From the NCBI GenBank assembly GCA_043228905.1, contig JBHGNT010000413.1:1-27374 (forward strand): a stretch of DNA of 27,374 nucleotides, in the 5' to 3' direction. This document shows positions 10,423-22,071 of this stretch, piece by piece. The notes under the pieces are model-generated. The model was not told where the DNA came from. It searched no databases and saw nothing but the letters and a program-made list of their open reading frames with translations. The first letter of the stretch is position 1; the number at the start of each line of letters is the position of its first letter. Made by a program: the position numbers and the translations under genes. The stretch comes from Azolla caroliniana (Eukaryota > Plantae > Polypodiophyta).

Positions 10423-13380
10423 TGTCGAATGGGACGAGGCCGAGGAGCGCATCACTAAGGATGTCACTATATGCCAAAAAACGCCAAGGACATCGATGTC
10501 GTCTCCACAACCGAGCCCACGGCCCACAAGCCAACAACAATCAGCCATATGGCAACAAAAGAGGAAACAGGCCGAGGAGCCAACACCACTGGCCCCGGAC
10601 GCACAGGATCAGCCGCCAAAAAGACACCGTATCATTTGAGAGTCAACCACAGAAACCGAGGGTAACCATCATCAGAAATCAAAAGAGGCTAGCCCGACCT
10701 CCACGGCCATGGTACCAGCGGAGTCATGGCTCCAAGTCGGTAGGATTGAGCATGGAAAAACCACGCAGATATCAAAGGAGGAAGTCCTCGGTTACAAAGA
10801 TCTCCCCGCGGAGGCATACGAGTTCAGGCATATGAGTTCAGTGCACTACTTCAACTGGGCACAACATATGAGTTAATGGATTTCCTCACGCGCGCCCAAG
10901 TAGCTGCCGCCGCTTGTATGGCCGAGGAGCACGCCGAAACAAAGATGATCCAACGCGCTCTAATGGGAGAAATCGAACCTCATGAGGATCGAGCCTTACA
11001 GAAGATAGGACAGAAGAAGCAAGCAAAGAATGCTTCGCTCCTCATGGAACTACCAGATCTGAACACGGCCTTAGTCGAGGCATATCGAAATCTGCACCAC
11101 ACTACTCGGGCAGCCAAGGACATGGCCTGACGTATCAAAACAGCACATCAGCAAGCCAAATGGGCTATCGAGCTATGGCAAGCCGCCGAGGAGAAACTGG
11201 TGACATTCACGCAGCAACATCCAGAATAGCCTCCCTGCACCGAGTGACGATGTCTCACCAACCACTCTTCCGAACCTGAGCCTGAGCGTTGCGGGTATTG
11301 AAGCACACAAAGACGACACCGCTCACCCCAGGGTAACCACGGTCGATGCCAGCACAATGAAGGACTTGGTACATACAAGCGAGCCATCGTCACAGGAAAA
11401 TATCAGCTCGCACCCCCAAACCAGCCACGCCTCCATGCAAACGCCACCACCACCAGTCGTCATGGAACGATCTACATAGACAGACAGGGAACCCTCTCCC
11501 CAAATCCAGCAAGCGGCAACCCAGACCGGGCCTCCCCTTCAGGACTACTAGGAGGATCTTAAGGCCCAGATTGCTCTGGCCGAGTTAGTAGAACAGAACC
11601 ACAACAACATTCTTGGCCAACTACGGGAACAAGCTACGGGCCGCGAAGCTGACCTCAAGCGACTGCTCGTTGAAAGCTCGGTTGCACTCAAAGAACAAGA
11701 ACGAGAGGTGATGACCCTTTAGGTCTCTATCACCGAGGCCAAAGAACGTTTCATCAAAGAAGTAGAGCGGAATAGCCAACGGGAACAAGAGCTATTCGCA
11801 AACAACCAGGAATTACGATTTCATCAAAGGGCCTTACAAGAAATGGCAAACGAACATATGTAGAAGTGGAGGATCCCGGAAGAGCAAAGGGAAAAAATTT
11901 CCGATGCGTATCACCAATTGCAAACAAAGCACATCGCCGCCAGAGAACAATATTGGGACGCTTGGAGACAGGATATGGACGAAACTGTAGCTTAGCTCAC
12001 CAAACGTTATGAGCAGACAATCGTGCTCATCACCGAAAAAGCAAAAGATAATCAAGCTACTTTAGCGCTCCTCGTCCGCAAAAGCCAAGAAGAAGTCAAG
12101 GCCGCAAGGGAGGAAGTGGAAGTCAACCGAGCTAGCATCGGCATGGACAATACTAAAATCAAGATCCTGATCAACAAGTATTGCCAGCAATTCACCAAGA
12201 AGATCGAAGAAACGCTTGACCATGTCTGGCAGGAGTGGTCAACCCAAGCTGCGGACCTACACATACTACACGCGGATGACGAGAACCGACGGAAGGAGGG
12301 CCAAGGGTTTTACAAGATGGATGACACCAACATCCAGACCCTTTGTGAAGACTTAACTGAGGAATATCATACCTTAGTAGCGTCCCACACCGCGGCCATT
12401 GAGAAACTTTTAGAGGAATTCAATGACGATCTAATGGTGTTTCGCTTAGAAGCCGAAGCTTACAAGGAGGAACGCTTAGCTACCGAGATTAACAGAGCTC
12501 CCACGACCAACGAGCAAGGACCCGAGCCACCCACCACGGAAGCCAGACCAGAGGAACCTGCCCCTACATACCCCCACATACCACTCAAGCCACAGACTAT
12601 AGGCACGACCCTGCCTGAATCGGTCCCAACGGAGGAGGGCGCACACGACGACACAGCCATCCCCGACTCGGCAACAAAACCTCCATCACCAATCCCACCT
12701 TCCGAACAACCAGACCAACCCCACGCCCCCGAGGATATCCTTGGCATATTGGAAGAGGAATAAAACAAACCTATAAGCCCTCGTATAAACAGGCAATTTT
12801 TGTAATTTGTTTTCTATTTGCCCAATCCATGGTTACCCCTCTACATTGTGAACTGTGGGTCCGACGGACAAAGTCCTGTCCCACAGGCATGCCAGGTGTT
12901 GTCCATAGGCCAGAAATATAAATACATTATGTAAACTCGCCGTTAGGTAGAAGAGTAGGTGAGGAAATAGATAGCCGTGTTTTAGCCCTCACAATCAGCC
13001 GATGGCTCGGCTCTGTCTCAAGAGGAAAACTATATAGCCCGAGTTATGCATAACTCAAGGGGGGATTATCTAGATCAGTCTTAGCGAGAGTATTATCCTA
13101 GCAGCAAGCTCTGTACGAACTGTTTCCGGCTAAGAGCCGAGTATTGTAATCGTTGTAAGCTTTATCATTTAATATAAGTTTTGTTTTTGCTAATCTTCTA
13201 TCTGTGTATTCTCCTCGTACTCATAAATCGAGCTATGTTTATGCCTAACGAGTGGTAGCCCGTGTACGCTCCCCATTCTCCTTCCTTTTCCCCGTGTAGA
13301 AGAGGCTTCCACGTAACACGATCCCTTGACACCGATAGCTTGTAGGCTCATCAAAGGTGTTTCCCTAGAAACGGTTAACA
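10423..13380 (+). mobile_element. 2958-bp TG...CA insertion splitting the LINE RT; giant solo-LTR-like or 5'-deleted LTR element
   Basis: Removing 10423-13382 restores RT frame 'KATKV|WELFSLASGLKINMHKS'; GC-richer than flanks; CTATATAG at 13030-13037, AATATAA + T-rich tract at 13171; ends GTTAACA like the 3298 LTR. Confidence 0.85.
10496..12763 (+). pseudogene. Decayed ~750-codon ORF of unknown function: disordered N-terminus, long coiled-coil, Pro/Glu-rich tail
   Basis: Track ORFs 10346, 10876 and 12023 join into one reading with two frameshifts (~10870, ~11210) and seven in-frame stops (TGA 10637, 11128; TAG 11477, 11549, 11720, 11861, 11993). Confidence 0.75.
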
Positions 13381-15197
13381 TGTGGGAATTGTTTTCTCTT
13401 GCATCAGGATTAAAGATTAATATGCATAAATCAGTTCTTATTTCATGTACTGAGCAAAATATATTAGAGCTTGGGTGGTCAGGAAAGATTGTTAATCGTG
13501 GGGAAATTTTTTGACACTTGGGTTACCCTATTGGAGTACAAGTTTCACATGTTAAACTAGTTGATTGGGTGTCGAGAAAGATTGAAAATAAGTTCATCTA
13601 TTGGAGATCTCAGTCATAGCCATTTCATATAAGGGTTAAATTTGTGCAATCCATTATGATACCCATGGTTTCTTATTATCTTCCATTGTTGCCATGGTCT
13701 AAGAAGGCTGTTGAAAAGGTTACCCAATCAATGCGTTCATTATTATGGAAGATAAAAAGGAAACATGGCATTTCTTGGTTGGCATGGGATCATATTTGTA
13801 CTCCAAAACGGCTTGGTGGAGCAACATTATTGAATGTATATGAGCATATGGTAGCTCGGAGGTTTTCATTACTCATCTCTATGTTTGCAAACACACAACC
13901 GTGGATAGAAATGGTGATTTTCTTTATTGAGACAATTGGCATCAAGTTTGGAAATGTAAGAGTAGAAACACATTGGTGGAATGTAGTCAATTCCAAAAGG
14001 CAAGTGAAGTGTTCAATGTCTTGGGTTGTTAATCAATTATTATCATCTTGGTAGAATGTGTTAGAATTTGTCAAGTGGGATCCCCCACCACATAGAGAGC
14101 ATGCAAATTCTCTACAACTAGAGATTTTGACAACATCAAGGTTGTTGGATTGGGAAAGTAAACAATCTTTGCAACATCAATTTAATCGAATGGCTCGATT
14201 AGGATTGGTATCACTAAAAGATGCAATTTTGACTTCTCAAAGAAGGTTGATGGATTTTCGTATTGTTAGGTCAACATTTGGAATTCCACGCATTTATCGG
14301 CACATTTGGGATACATTACAAGGATTATCAGTGTTGTTAGGGCATGTGCCACATTTGAATGAAGATTCTCTATATCTTGATTGGACTTTTGTGTGGGGTA
14401 ACAACTTAAGTATGGTTTCAACTAATGAGGTTTATTATACAATTATTGGGAAACATATGTGGTTAGAAAAAAGGGTAATTAAGGTATGGTCTTTTAATAG
14501 GCCAACAATTTGATGAAAAAATGTACGCCAAAAGGGTTGGTGTTCACATTTATCATTTAGAGCCAAGGTGTTTATTTGGAGGATTATGGTTGGTGGATTA
14601 CCATTGGGTGATGCTTTACACAAAAGAAAAATTGCTAGTGGCTTCTGTTTCTTTTGTACAATGGAAGTAGAGCGCAATCAACATTGATTTATTTGATGTC
14701 CTGTTACAAAGATGGGTTTGGAAATTTATTAATGTAATATGTATGTCCTTGACAAGAGTGATAAATTCTCCTTTCAAATGGGTTTTTGCACAAATAGAAT
14801 TAAGAGGTCTTTCACCTTCTTTTCAGATTATTTTGGATTATTTGAGGCATTATGGGCTTTGGTTTATTTGGCATATGCAAAATGCTTTTATATTTGATGA
14901 ACAATGGGGAGTACACCGTTATGTGTTGAGATTGAAAGGGTTCCTTTTATGGCATTTTTTATCGTTGGAGATGTCAAGCATATTCAATCACAAAGAGAGA
15001 CAAGTATGTAAGTTAGTTGGGCATTACATTTGTCATTTGGTCTGATAAGGTTATGGGATGTTGAGAGACATATTCATGGTTTATAATGATAGGAATATGT
15101 ATCTCTCATGTAGATACGTGATGACTTACAAGTTCTAATAGTCGTCTTTTTACATGCAATTAATATAATTGTGTGATTTTACCAAAAAAAAAAAAAA
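13381..15197 (+). mobile_element. L1-clade LINE #2, 3' part (RT C-terminus, zf-RVT, 3' UTR, poly(A))
   Basis: 'ASGLKINMHKS', 'HLGYPIG', 'ISWLAWDHICTPKRLGG', 'AKVFIWRIMVGGLPLGDALHKR..SGFCFFC'; A14 at 15184-15197. Confidence 0.95.
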
Positions 15198-15917
15198 CCT
15201 AAGAGAGAGAAAGACGGGGATAAATCGACCCAAAGGTGTCCAAAGGAAGCACACATCTAATGTAATTAGTATTTGGGGGGTTCATAAAAGGGCACGTTTG
15301 GGGAAATAAATAAACTATTTGGCCAAATAAAGAAAACGTAGGAGAGAGTGGGAGTATTTGATATAAGAAGACATCATACTTGAGTACATGAGGGACAGTT
15401 AGTAGTGATTGACAACGACAAATTAATTATATCACAAACATTTGCAATAGCCATAGTACGATGGAAAATTCCATCCATACATTGTACGACTCGTTTTTGT
15501 TTTCTTTGAAGAATGCGTTGTTTACTGCTAACTTCAACATCACAATACAAACCTACATTGAGCTTCACTTGAATCCAGTATTGTGGAAACGCAAAAGATC
15601 CTCAAAATAAAGGATCGCCTTCGATCTAATTACACAGTTCAATCAACTTGGGAAGGAACTGCCAAATTAGATACTTATCTTGCAAATATGATTAATTACA
15701 GAAGCAATAATCATATGCAGGACAATACGAGGTAACGAAAGAAGTAGTGATTAACAGTAGTGATAGTGATGCTAATAATAATGATAAAGAATAGAACAAA
15801 TTAGGCAGAATTTTGAAGTTATAATTCTATAGTAAGAAGAAAGCTAATGCATATTTTTTGTTTGTGAAGACAGTACTTCTTGATTGTGAGTCATAATCTT
15901 CACGTATGGTCAGCAGC

Positions 15918-18138
15918 TCATTCATCATCGTCCTCGTCGTCATCCTGTATACATCGAAAAACATGACCATCTCAGATTTTCAATCATAACAACGAATTCG
16001 TCCAGTAAAAAGACAAAATAAAAGCAATCACTATGTTCCATACTTCACTTCCTTCATCATCATCATTCACAGCAGATTTTTCAGATTCTTCCTCTGCAGC
16101 GGCCTTCTCCTAATGGAAAGTATAAAAATCACCAATGACTGAGAATTCATACAAATTCCAATCATAAGAATCGATGGAGGAATAGACGCAAACAATAATT
16201 TATGCTAAAAGAAGTAAACTTTCAGAAACTTGGAAATAAAATTTACCTGCTTTGCATCGTAGGCTTTAACATTCTTCACATAGTCTGCCTTCCTGGCAGC
16301 TGCCTTGGCGTGATAGGGAGCTTTCTCCTACAGTATTAAGAACAAAATGAGATTATTGTCACTAGGTCTAATGGTACATAAGACTAATGATGTTTTTTAA
16401 GTGATGAGCAAATGCTTGAACTCGACCATACCGCCTCACTCAATGATTTCCATTTGTCTCCACCTGCTTTACCAACCTGGCAACATGTACACTTACGAAA
16501 GTTAAAAAGCATTTCATGTAGAGCATAAGACATTGTCAAGAAATTTTGTACTTATTACAGTTCGAACATATGGTGTGGCAGCCTCAGTTGCAGAATGATC
16601 GAGGTATATTAGACACAAATGTCTCTACCCTACCACCACCACAATAGAATACAACTAGTAACAAATCATAAAGAACTGATAGGGAATGCAGCAGTTGGCA
16701 ACATATTCAGATACATAAGAAGGTCAAGTATTTCATGATAAACACTAATGCATTGCGAGATCAGGTGTAGAAACATTCTGGTACATAATATTATCACAAA
16801 ATCTGTTAGACGAATTCAATAGAATAAAAATAGTAACAAACTATTAGAAACTGTTATCAACAAGCACCGCTTTCCGATAGAGACATTCAAAAACAACACA
16901 TAAGAATTAACAAAGTAAATGAACTAACACCGTTTATCAAGAACAGACAGAGACATTAAAAAAAACACATAAGAATTAACAAAGTAAAAAATTAACTGCA
17001 GATGTCCGAGAGCACGTAAATAACTAGAGCTATCAGAGATGGGAAATCTTACCACCGATACAGATTTGTTGTCGGGGTGGCTTGCACTGAAAGTCTTTCG
17101 GAATTCTTCTCTGTTCATTTCCATAGAATACGAAGGATGTTTCTTAAAAAATCATAGATTCCAAAACAAAAAATCCCGGATAACTAAAGACTTTGGAAGA
17201 TGACTTACAAGAACACAAAGAAAGCAGTGGGAGGTCTCTTTGGCTTGTTAGGGTCTTTCTTCGCCCCCTTGGTTACAGCCTGTTTCTTTTTAGCTTTGTC
17301 ATCCTTAGCTGCCAGTTGTTTATTCTTCTTCAGGTTCCTACAATGAGAAAGAGAGAGAGATGAACAATTACAGCACTCTCACTCACTCACTATTCCCCTG
17401 TAAATTTCCATAGAAATTTTCAAATTCGTGTGATATAGTGAGTTAACGTATGCAGCAGGCTTCTTTATGCAACACAAAGTCAAGCTTTTTTTCCAAATCC
17501 TGTCAGATCATTATTTCAGCTAGGGTTTGAAGTTTTTTTGCTTGGAAAGGAAGCACGGTAGGCCACATTTACACTCTTGAGGGTCTATATAATGTAATTC
17601 AAACAGACGGTTATAATCTACTCTCTTCTGTTGTTTTGAGTTCAATGGTAGAACCCCGATGTCGTCATAACCACAAAACCTTTATATTTTACTGTTTCCA
17701 TAAATCTCATTCAAATGTGGACAAAGTTCCCATAGAATATCAACGGAATTCCATTAAGTAAACATTATTTCATCTAGAGATTTGAAAAAGCCCTATTCTT
17801 AATTACACTAAAAATGAGGATGCAATTAGATAGACGTTAATTCAGTGACAGTGTCAAAGACATTGTATCGTTTCATTATTCGAATTACAATAGAAAGTTT
17901 CCCACAAATGTCAACAGAATTCAGTCAGATAAACATCAGTTCATTTATCGTGTCAAAGAACATGAACAATATCGATCTTTAATTCGAATTGTATTAAAAG
18001 AAGCCTCCTTATGTTGTTACAGAATTAAAATATGAATCGAATTAAAATTCAGGTAGAGTTGAATCAGAGGAAAGCATTTCCTTACGTTTCTTCTGTGTGC
18101 TTGGAAAGAACGGACTTTGCTTTGCCTCCTCCTTTCAT
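15918..18138 (-). CDS. HMGB: High-mobility-group B protein (plant HMGB2/3-like), 152 aa; coding exons 18138-18086, 17337-17209, 17110-17053, 16476-16432, 16327-16247, 16109-16044, 15944-15918
   Basis: All six introns GT-AG with matching phases, 459 nt: MKGGGKAKSVLSKHTEETNLKKNKQLAAKDDKAKKKQAVTKGAKKDPNKPKRPPTAFFVFLEEFRKTFSASHPDNKSVSVVGKAGGDKWKSLSEAEKAPYHAKAAARKADYVKNVKAYDAKQEKAAAEEESEKSAVNDDDEGSEDDDEDDDE*. Basic N-terminus, one HMG box, acidic tail. Confidence 0.97.
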
Positions 18139-18534
18139 CTTCACACGCTTTCTGCAGTGAACGATAAAAAGGCGTTAGCTAAGAGAATCGTCATTGAAAG
18201 AGAAATAAAAGTAAAAGTGTTTTCTTCTGTAGAAGAGAAATTTTGCCTTTTATCCTCCCTGCACGGAGAAACGGAGGTAAAAGAACAAGAAAAGGGAAAG
18301 GGAAGGAGAAGAGAAAAGGGGAGGGAAGCATGAAATTCAGAGTGAAGAGGCGAGACAGGGAAGAAGCGGAACAGGAAGAGAAACACAGGAGAAAGGGAAA
18401 GGGAAAGGGAAGGGAAGGAAAACGCAGAAGGATTAGGGGAAGAGAAGAAGGGGAATAATGGCTATAGCAGTGGCAAGGACGGAGAATGAGGGAGAAGGCG
18501 TGGATGAAGAAATAGAATGCAGAAGAGAGGATGG

Positions 18535-18612
18535 CTATGGTTAGGGTTAGGGTTAGGGTTAGGGCTACGGCTATGGCGATGGCGATGGCTATGGCAATGG
18601 AAATGGCAATGG
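18535..18612. repeat. 13-unit hexamer array including (TTAGGG)4
   Basis: CTATGG (TTAGGG)4 CTACGG CTATGG (CGATGG)2 CTATGG CAATGG AAATGG CAATGG. Confidence 0.9.
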
Positions 18613-18694
18613 CGACGTTTTCCTTCCTTTCGATTGATTTTGATGAAAGATGAAGGGAAGGAATGTGGTGGAGGAGGAGGAGGAAGGCAGCAGC

Positions 18695-18737
18695 TAACTT
18701 ACTTACTTAGTACATACATACATACTTACTTACTTAC
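18695..18737 (-). repeat. (GTAA)3(GTAT)3...(GTAA)2 tetranucleotide array at the 5'-UTR intron donor
   Basis: Minus strand reads GTAA GTAA GTAA GTAT GTAT GTAT GTAC TAA GTAA GTAA GTTA. Confidence 0.9.
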
Positions 18738-18959
18738 TTGTTTTGTGAAGGAGAGAGAAGGAGGAAGAAGAAGAAAACAAAAAAATGAAGAAGAAGAAGC
18801 AGCAGCAGCAGCACAAAAGAGGCTTAGAATTGAAAATATTGGAAACACAAAAAGTGGCTACCGACTCCACCCGGTTCGTGCCGGTCACCCTCCTATTTTC
18901 TTTTCTTTTTCTTTTATCTTCTTCTTTTTGTTTTTGCCAATCCTATACAAATATTTAAG

Positions 18960-18985
18960 TATATATATATATATATATATATATA
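18960..18985. repeat. (TA)13 microsatellite in the presumed HMGB promoter region
   Basis: Direct reading. Confidence 0.9.
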
Positions 18986-20915
18986 TCTTCTTCATTTCTT
19001 TCTCCTTCCGGGCCTCTTTGTTTTTTAGGTGTTTGGTTTTTTGGGCGGCACGGGATGTTTCATACACAGTACACTAGTGACTACACTAATAAATCCATAC
19101 AATATTGTGTCCATGCGTTTTTCTCATCTCATATTCTCTAAGTTTCCCTACAAAATGTGTGTATAGACAATAACTTTTTATTAGGGATAATCTTATAAGT
19201 TATTACAACAAATTCGTAGAACTCAAGAGGATGAAAAAGTAGCTACCAAAAAAATGGCCCCGTGTGAACGCTAACGATTGTTATCTCGTATCCCCATCTT
19301 TCCATACCATTGTAACATTAAATTTTTTCCAACTAATTGGCCTTCCTACAACCATGTGAACCTAACTTTAGGAATTCCATTGTTGACAATAGGCATTCCA
19401 TCATTGACTGTAGAGTCTATCTTAATGATATTTCTTTCCCCCAGGTTCCTTGTTCCATGACCTTTGTAGAGCTTGGCATGATCGTCAAGGCTGGCATCAT
19501 TCTCGATATTCACCTCACGATCTCTATAAAAGCATGTTACAACCAAATTTGCAAATTTTGGCCCTTGCCCCCCTTCACATATCCGGGAGTTAAATGGGCC
19601 ATTAAAATAAGTGCTTTATGGGCATGCTACAGCAATACACACAAAATATGAACCATGAGTGCCTAGATATAACAACTTTTCTTCGGTAAAATTTAAATTA
19701 TAGAGAGTTGCTTTATTCCTTGATAACACTTGTCTCAACACCTACTTCCTCACCTTTTACATAAAACTAAAGAAACAGGTAGCATTATTGTAACGTTCTT
19801 TGTTATTTTTGTCTATAGTCATAGATATTTATGCATCCACCTCTTTAGGGTTGCCATATGTCATTAGACTTCTTCTTGCAATTTATACATATATAAAAAG
19901 GTTGTTTGTATTATGTGTAGCCCCCTAGACTATTCGTATTTGTATCACCACCTCAACTCATGGATACATGGGAAAGAACTTAAGAAGATTGTCTACACCT
20001 CAAACATGTGGACCCATGAAGAAGCAAAAGGAAGATTTCATTTGTAAATCTACTCATGTGTTGGAAGTACATCACTCCATATTCTAGCATAACTCACAAC
20101 TTGTGCGAATAAGCATGATTGCCCCTTGTTCTTAAAAACCACGTGGAGAATAATTCTCTTTCTCTCATGAAAACAAATAGTTTAAAAACTCTTTCTTACT
20201 AGTTTTAGATCTCTAGGAATATGTGAAGCCATTTCTTTTCGTAGTTTAAACTTCGTGTGACGACTTTTTAAGCATAAAGAAAAAAATAAACAAAAAGAAG
20301 CCATGTTAAACATCGACAATCGCAACTTGAATATATTCGTAAAACATTTGAGAAGAGATTCTGAATGTAAATCACTCATTATGCATGTAAGTGCACCAAA
20401 TATCTTATGTATCAACAATGACCAACCAACAAGATTAAGGTATCATTTGTTTCACATTGCATGTTTGGAAATCATTATCTATTATATGTTGTATAGTCTA
20501 CATACATATACCGTGTGTGAATTTCTACTTGAATTTCAAGGATTAAGATTAACATTTGTGCATGAGTTTGTCATTGGGATTGGTTGGGAATATTAGGCCC
20601 ATTTCGGTAATCATTTGAAGGCATGTTGTAGTGCATATGATTAAGTACATGTGCTTGGGCCACTCAAGGAATGGAATAGTGGATGGTGTGAGATCATAGT
20701 CGTGCACGCCTAGAGTGTGTGCAGGCATAACGGACCATGATTTTTGTGATGCCATTAACACACAATGTGAACCACTCAAAGCAACCATCCTTACTAGTTG
20801 AAAAAGGGGTCTAACAAAGGAGGCTTGTGATAGACCAAGGTTTAGATAGGGGTTGAAACATTTAAAAATATACATAATAAAGCAGTTTGAACCTTGTACA
20901 TATGTTTTATGAAGC

Positions 20916-20975
20916 ATTCTAACTACTAATAAGGTAAAATATCTTATTCTAACTACTAATAATGTAAAATATCTT
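20916..20975. repeat. Tandem duplication, 2 x 30 bp
   Basis: ATTCTAACTACTAATAA(G/T)GTAAAATATCTT twice. Confidence 0.9.
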
Positions 20976-21707
20976 AAATAATAAAAAATTGTACCTTAAG
21001 TATAAAAACAATTTCACAAGAAACTTCATGTAGAAATATGTCAAACCTAGTCTATAAGACTAGGCAAAAACATGAAAGACAAGGGGTTCCACGTGCTCAC
21101 CCATCCCAACAGAGTTGGATCTATATGAACCCCTCAATATGAATCATAATGGAGGAAGGAAGCCAACAACTCTTTCTACTATTATTTATAACTTCAATCT
21201 AAATAAATCAAAGAGTTTGATTTTGTCTTTCTTCTTAAGGTTATTCTATATATGTTTATAAGATTAGTCCATATACTTACAACTAAATATGGAAGGTTAT
21301 TCTATATATGTTTATAAGCTTAATCCATATACTTAAAAGTAAATATGGTATAAACATGTATACCAAAATTTATAATAGAGATTTTAACACATGACCTCTT
21401 CAAAAAATAGATAACCTTAACCACTAAGATAAAGTGTATTATTAATATGTTATATATAAATTTTATTAACAATAAATATCTAATAATATGAAATGTCACC
21501 ACTTCACAAGCTTATGTATGATCACCAAGTGTCATGTATGCCAAATGGACACAATGCATGCCTAAGAGGTGGCGGGTATGCATTTGTCCAGAACCGTGCT
21601 ATATATCATATGTTCAAGTATTGATGAACCATTCTGATTCAACGCTAGTCTTAAGCATATTCTTGTAACCTTTGTTCTTATGGTTAATATATTGTCAATC
21701 TCCTCTC

Positions 21708-21712
<5 letters not shown>

Positions 21713-21738
<26 letters not shown>
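21713..21738. repeat. (CT)13 microsatellite followed by a degenerate GTC/GCC/GTT triplet tract to ~21950
   Basis: Direct reading. Confidence 0.85.
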
Positions 21739-22071
21739 GCCAACGGTAATGCTGTAGCCAACGACCCTTTCTGCCGCCTGCTATCGTCACCGTCTACAGT
21801 CGTCGTCGTCGTCAAATGTCGTCTGTCATCTTTGCTGCCACCGCTGCCGTCTGTTGTCGTTGTTGTCGCCGTCATCGTTTGGTTTGTAGTCGTTGCCATT
21901 GTTGTCGTTGTCGATTGCCGCTATCACCTACACTTCTGATGATGTCGTCGGTTGATAAACGAAAGAGTATAAATGTACTTCTACAATTGTACCTAGCATG
22001 CAAGGCACTGATGCTCGGCTAAGTTTTCTGTCATTTTTGTCTCTTCTTTCTTTTATCTTTTGCATTACAAC

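Larger units (their letters stand above)
18152..18737 (-). other. Predicted 5'-UTR intron of HMGB
   Basis: Minus strand: CAA|GTAAGT at 18737; CTGCAG| acceptor ending 18152, 13 nt before the ATG; pyrimidine-rich in sense. Confidence 0.75.

Noticed and set aside
10425-13368. Insert as a Helitron (TC start, CTAG near end)
   Set aside because: CTAG lies ~12 nt inside the junction fixed by the RT frame, the target is not A|T, and no Rep/helicase motifs are present.
9690-15215. TSD around LINE #2
   Set aside because: Sequence after the poly(A) (CCTAAGAGAGAG) does not match the sequence before 9704.
16850-16990. ~40-bp imperfect direct repeat in an HMGB intron (similar one at ~17720/17895)
   Set aside because: Short, degenerate intronic duplications with no sign of function.
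18097-19077. ORFs 18097-18333, 18243-18458, 18517-19077 and antisense partners
   Set aside because: Products of low-complexity sequence in the HMGB leader, intron and promoter.
19243-19277. Possible decayed Helitron 3' end on the minus strand (…CACACGGGGCC…GGTAG)
   Set aside because: No intact hairpin or CTRR terminus; no 5' end found.
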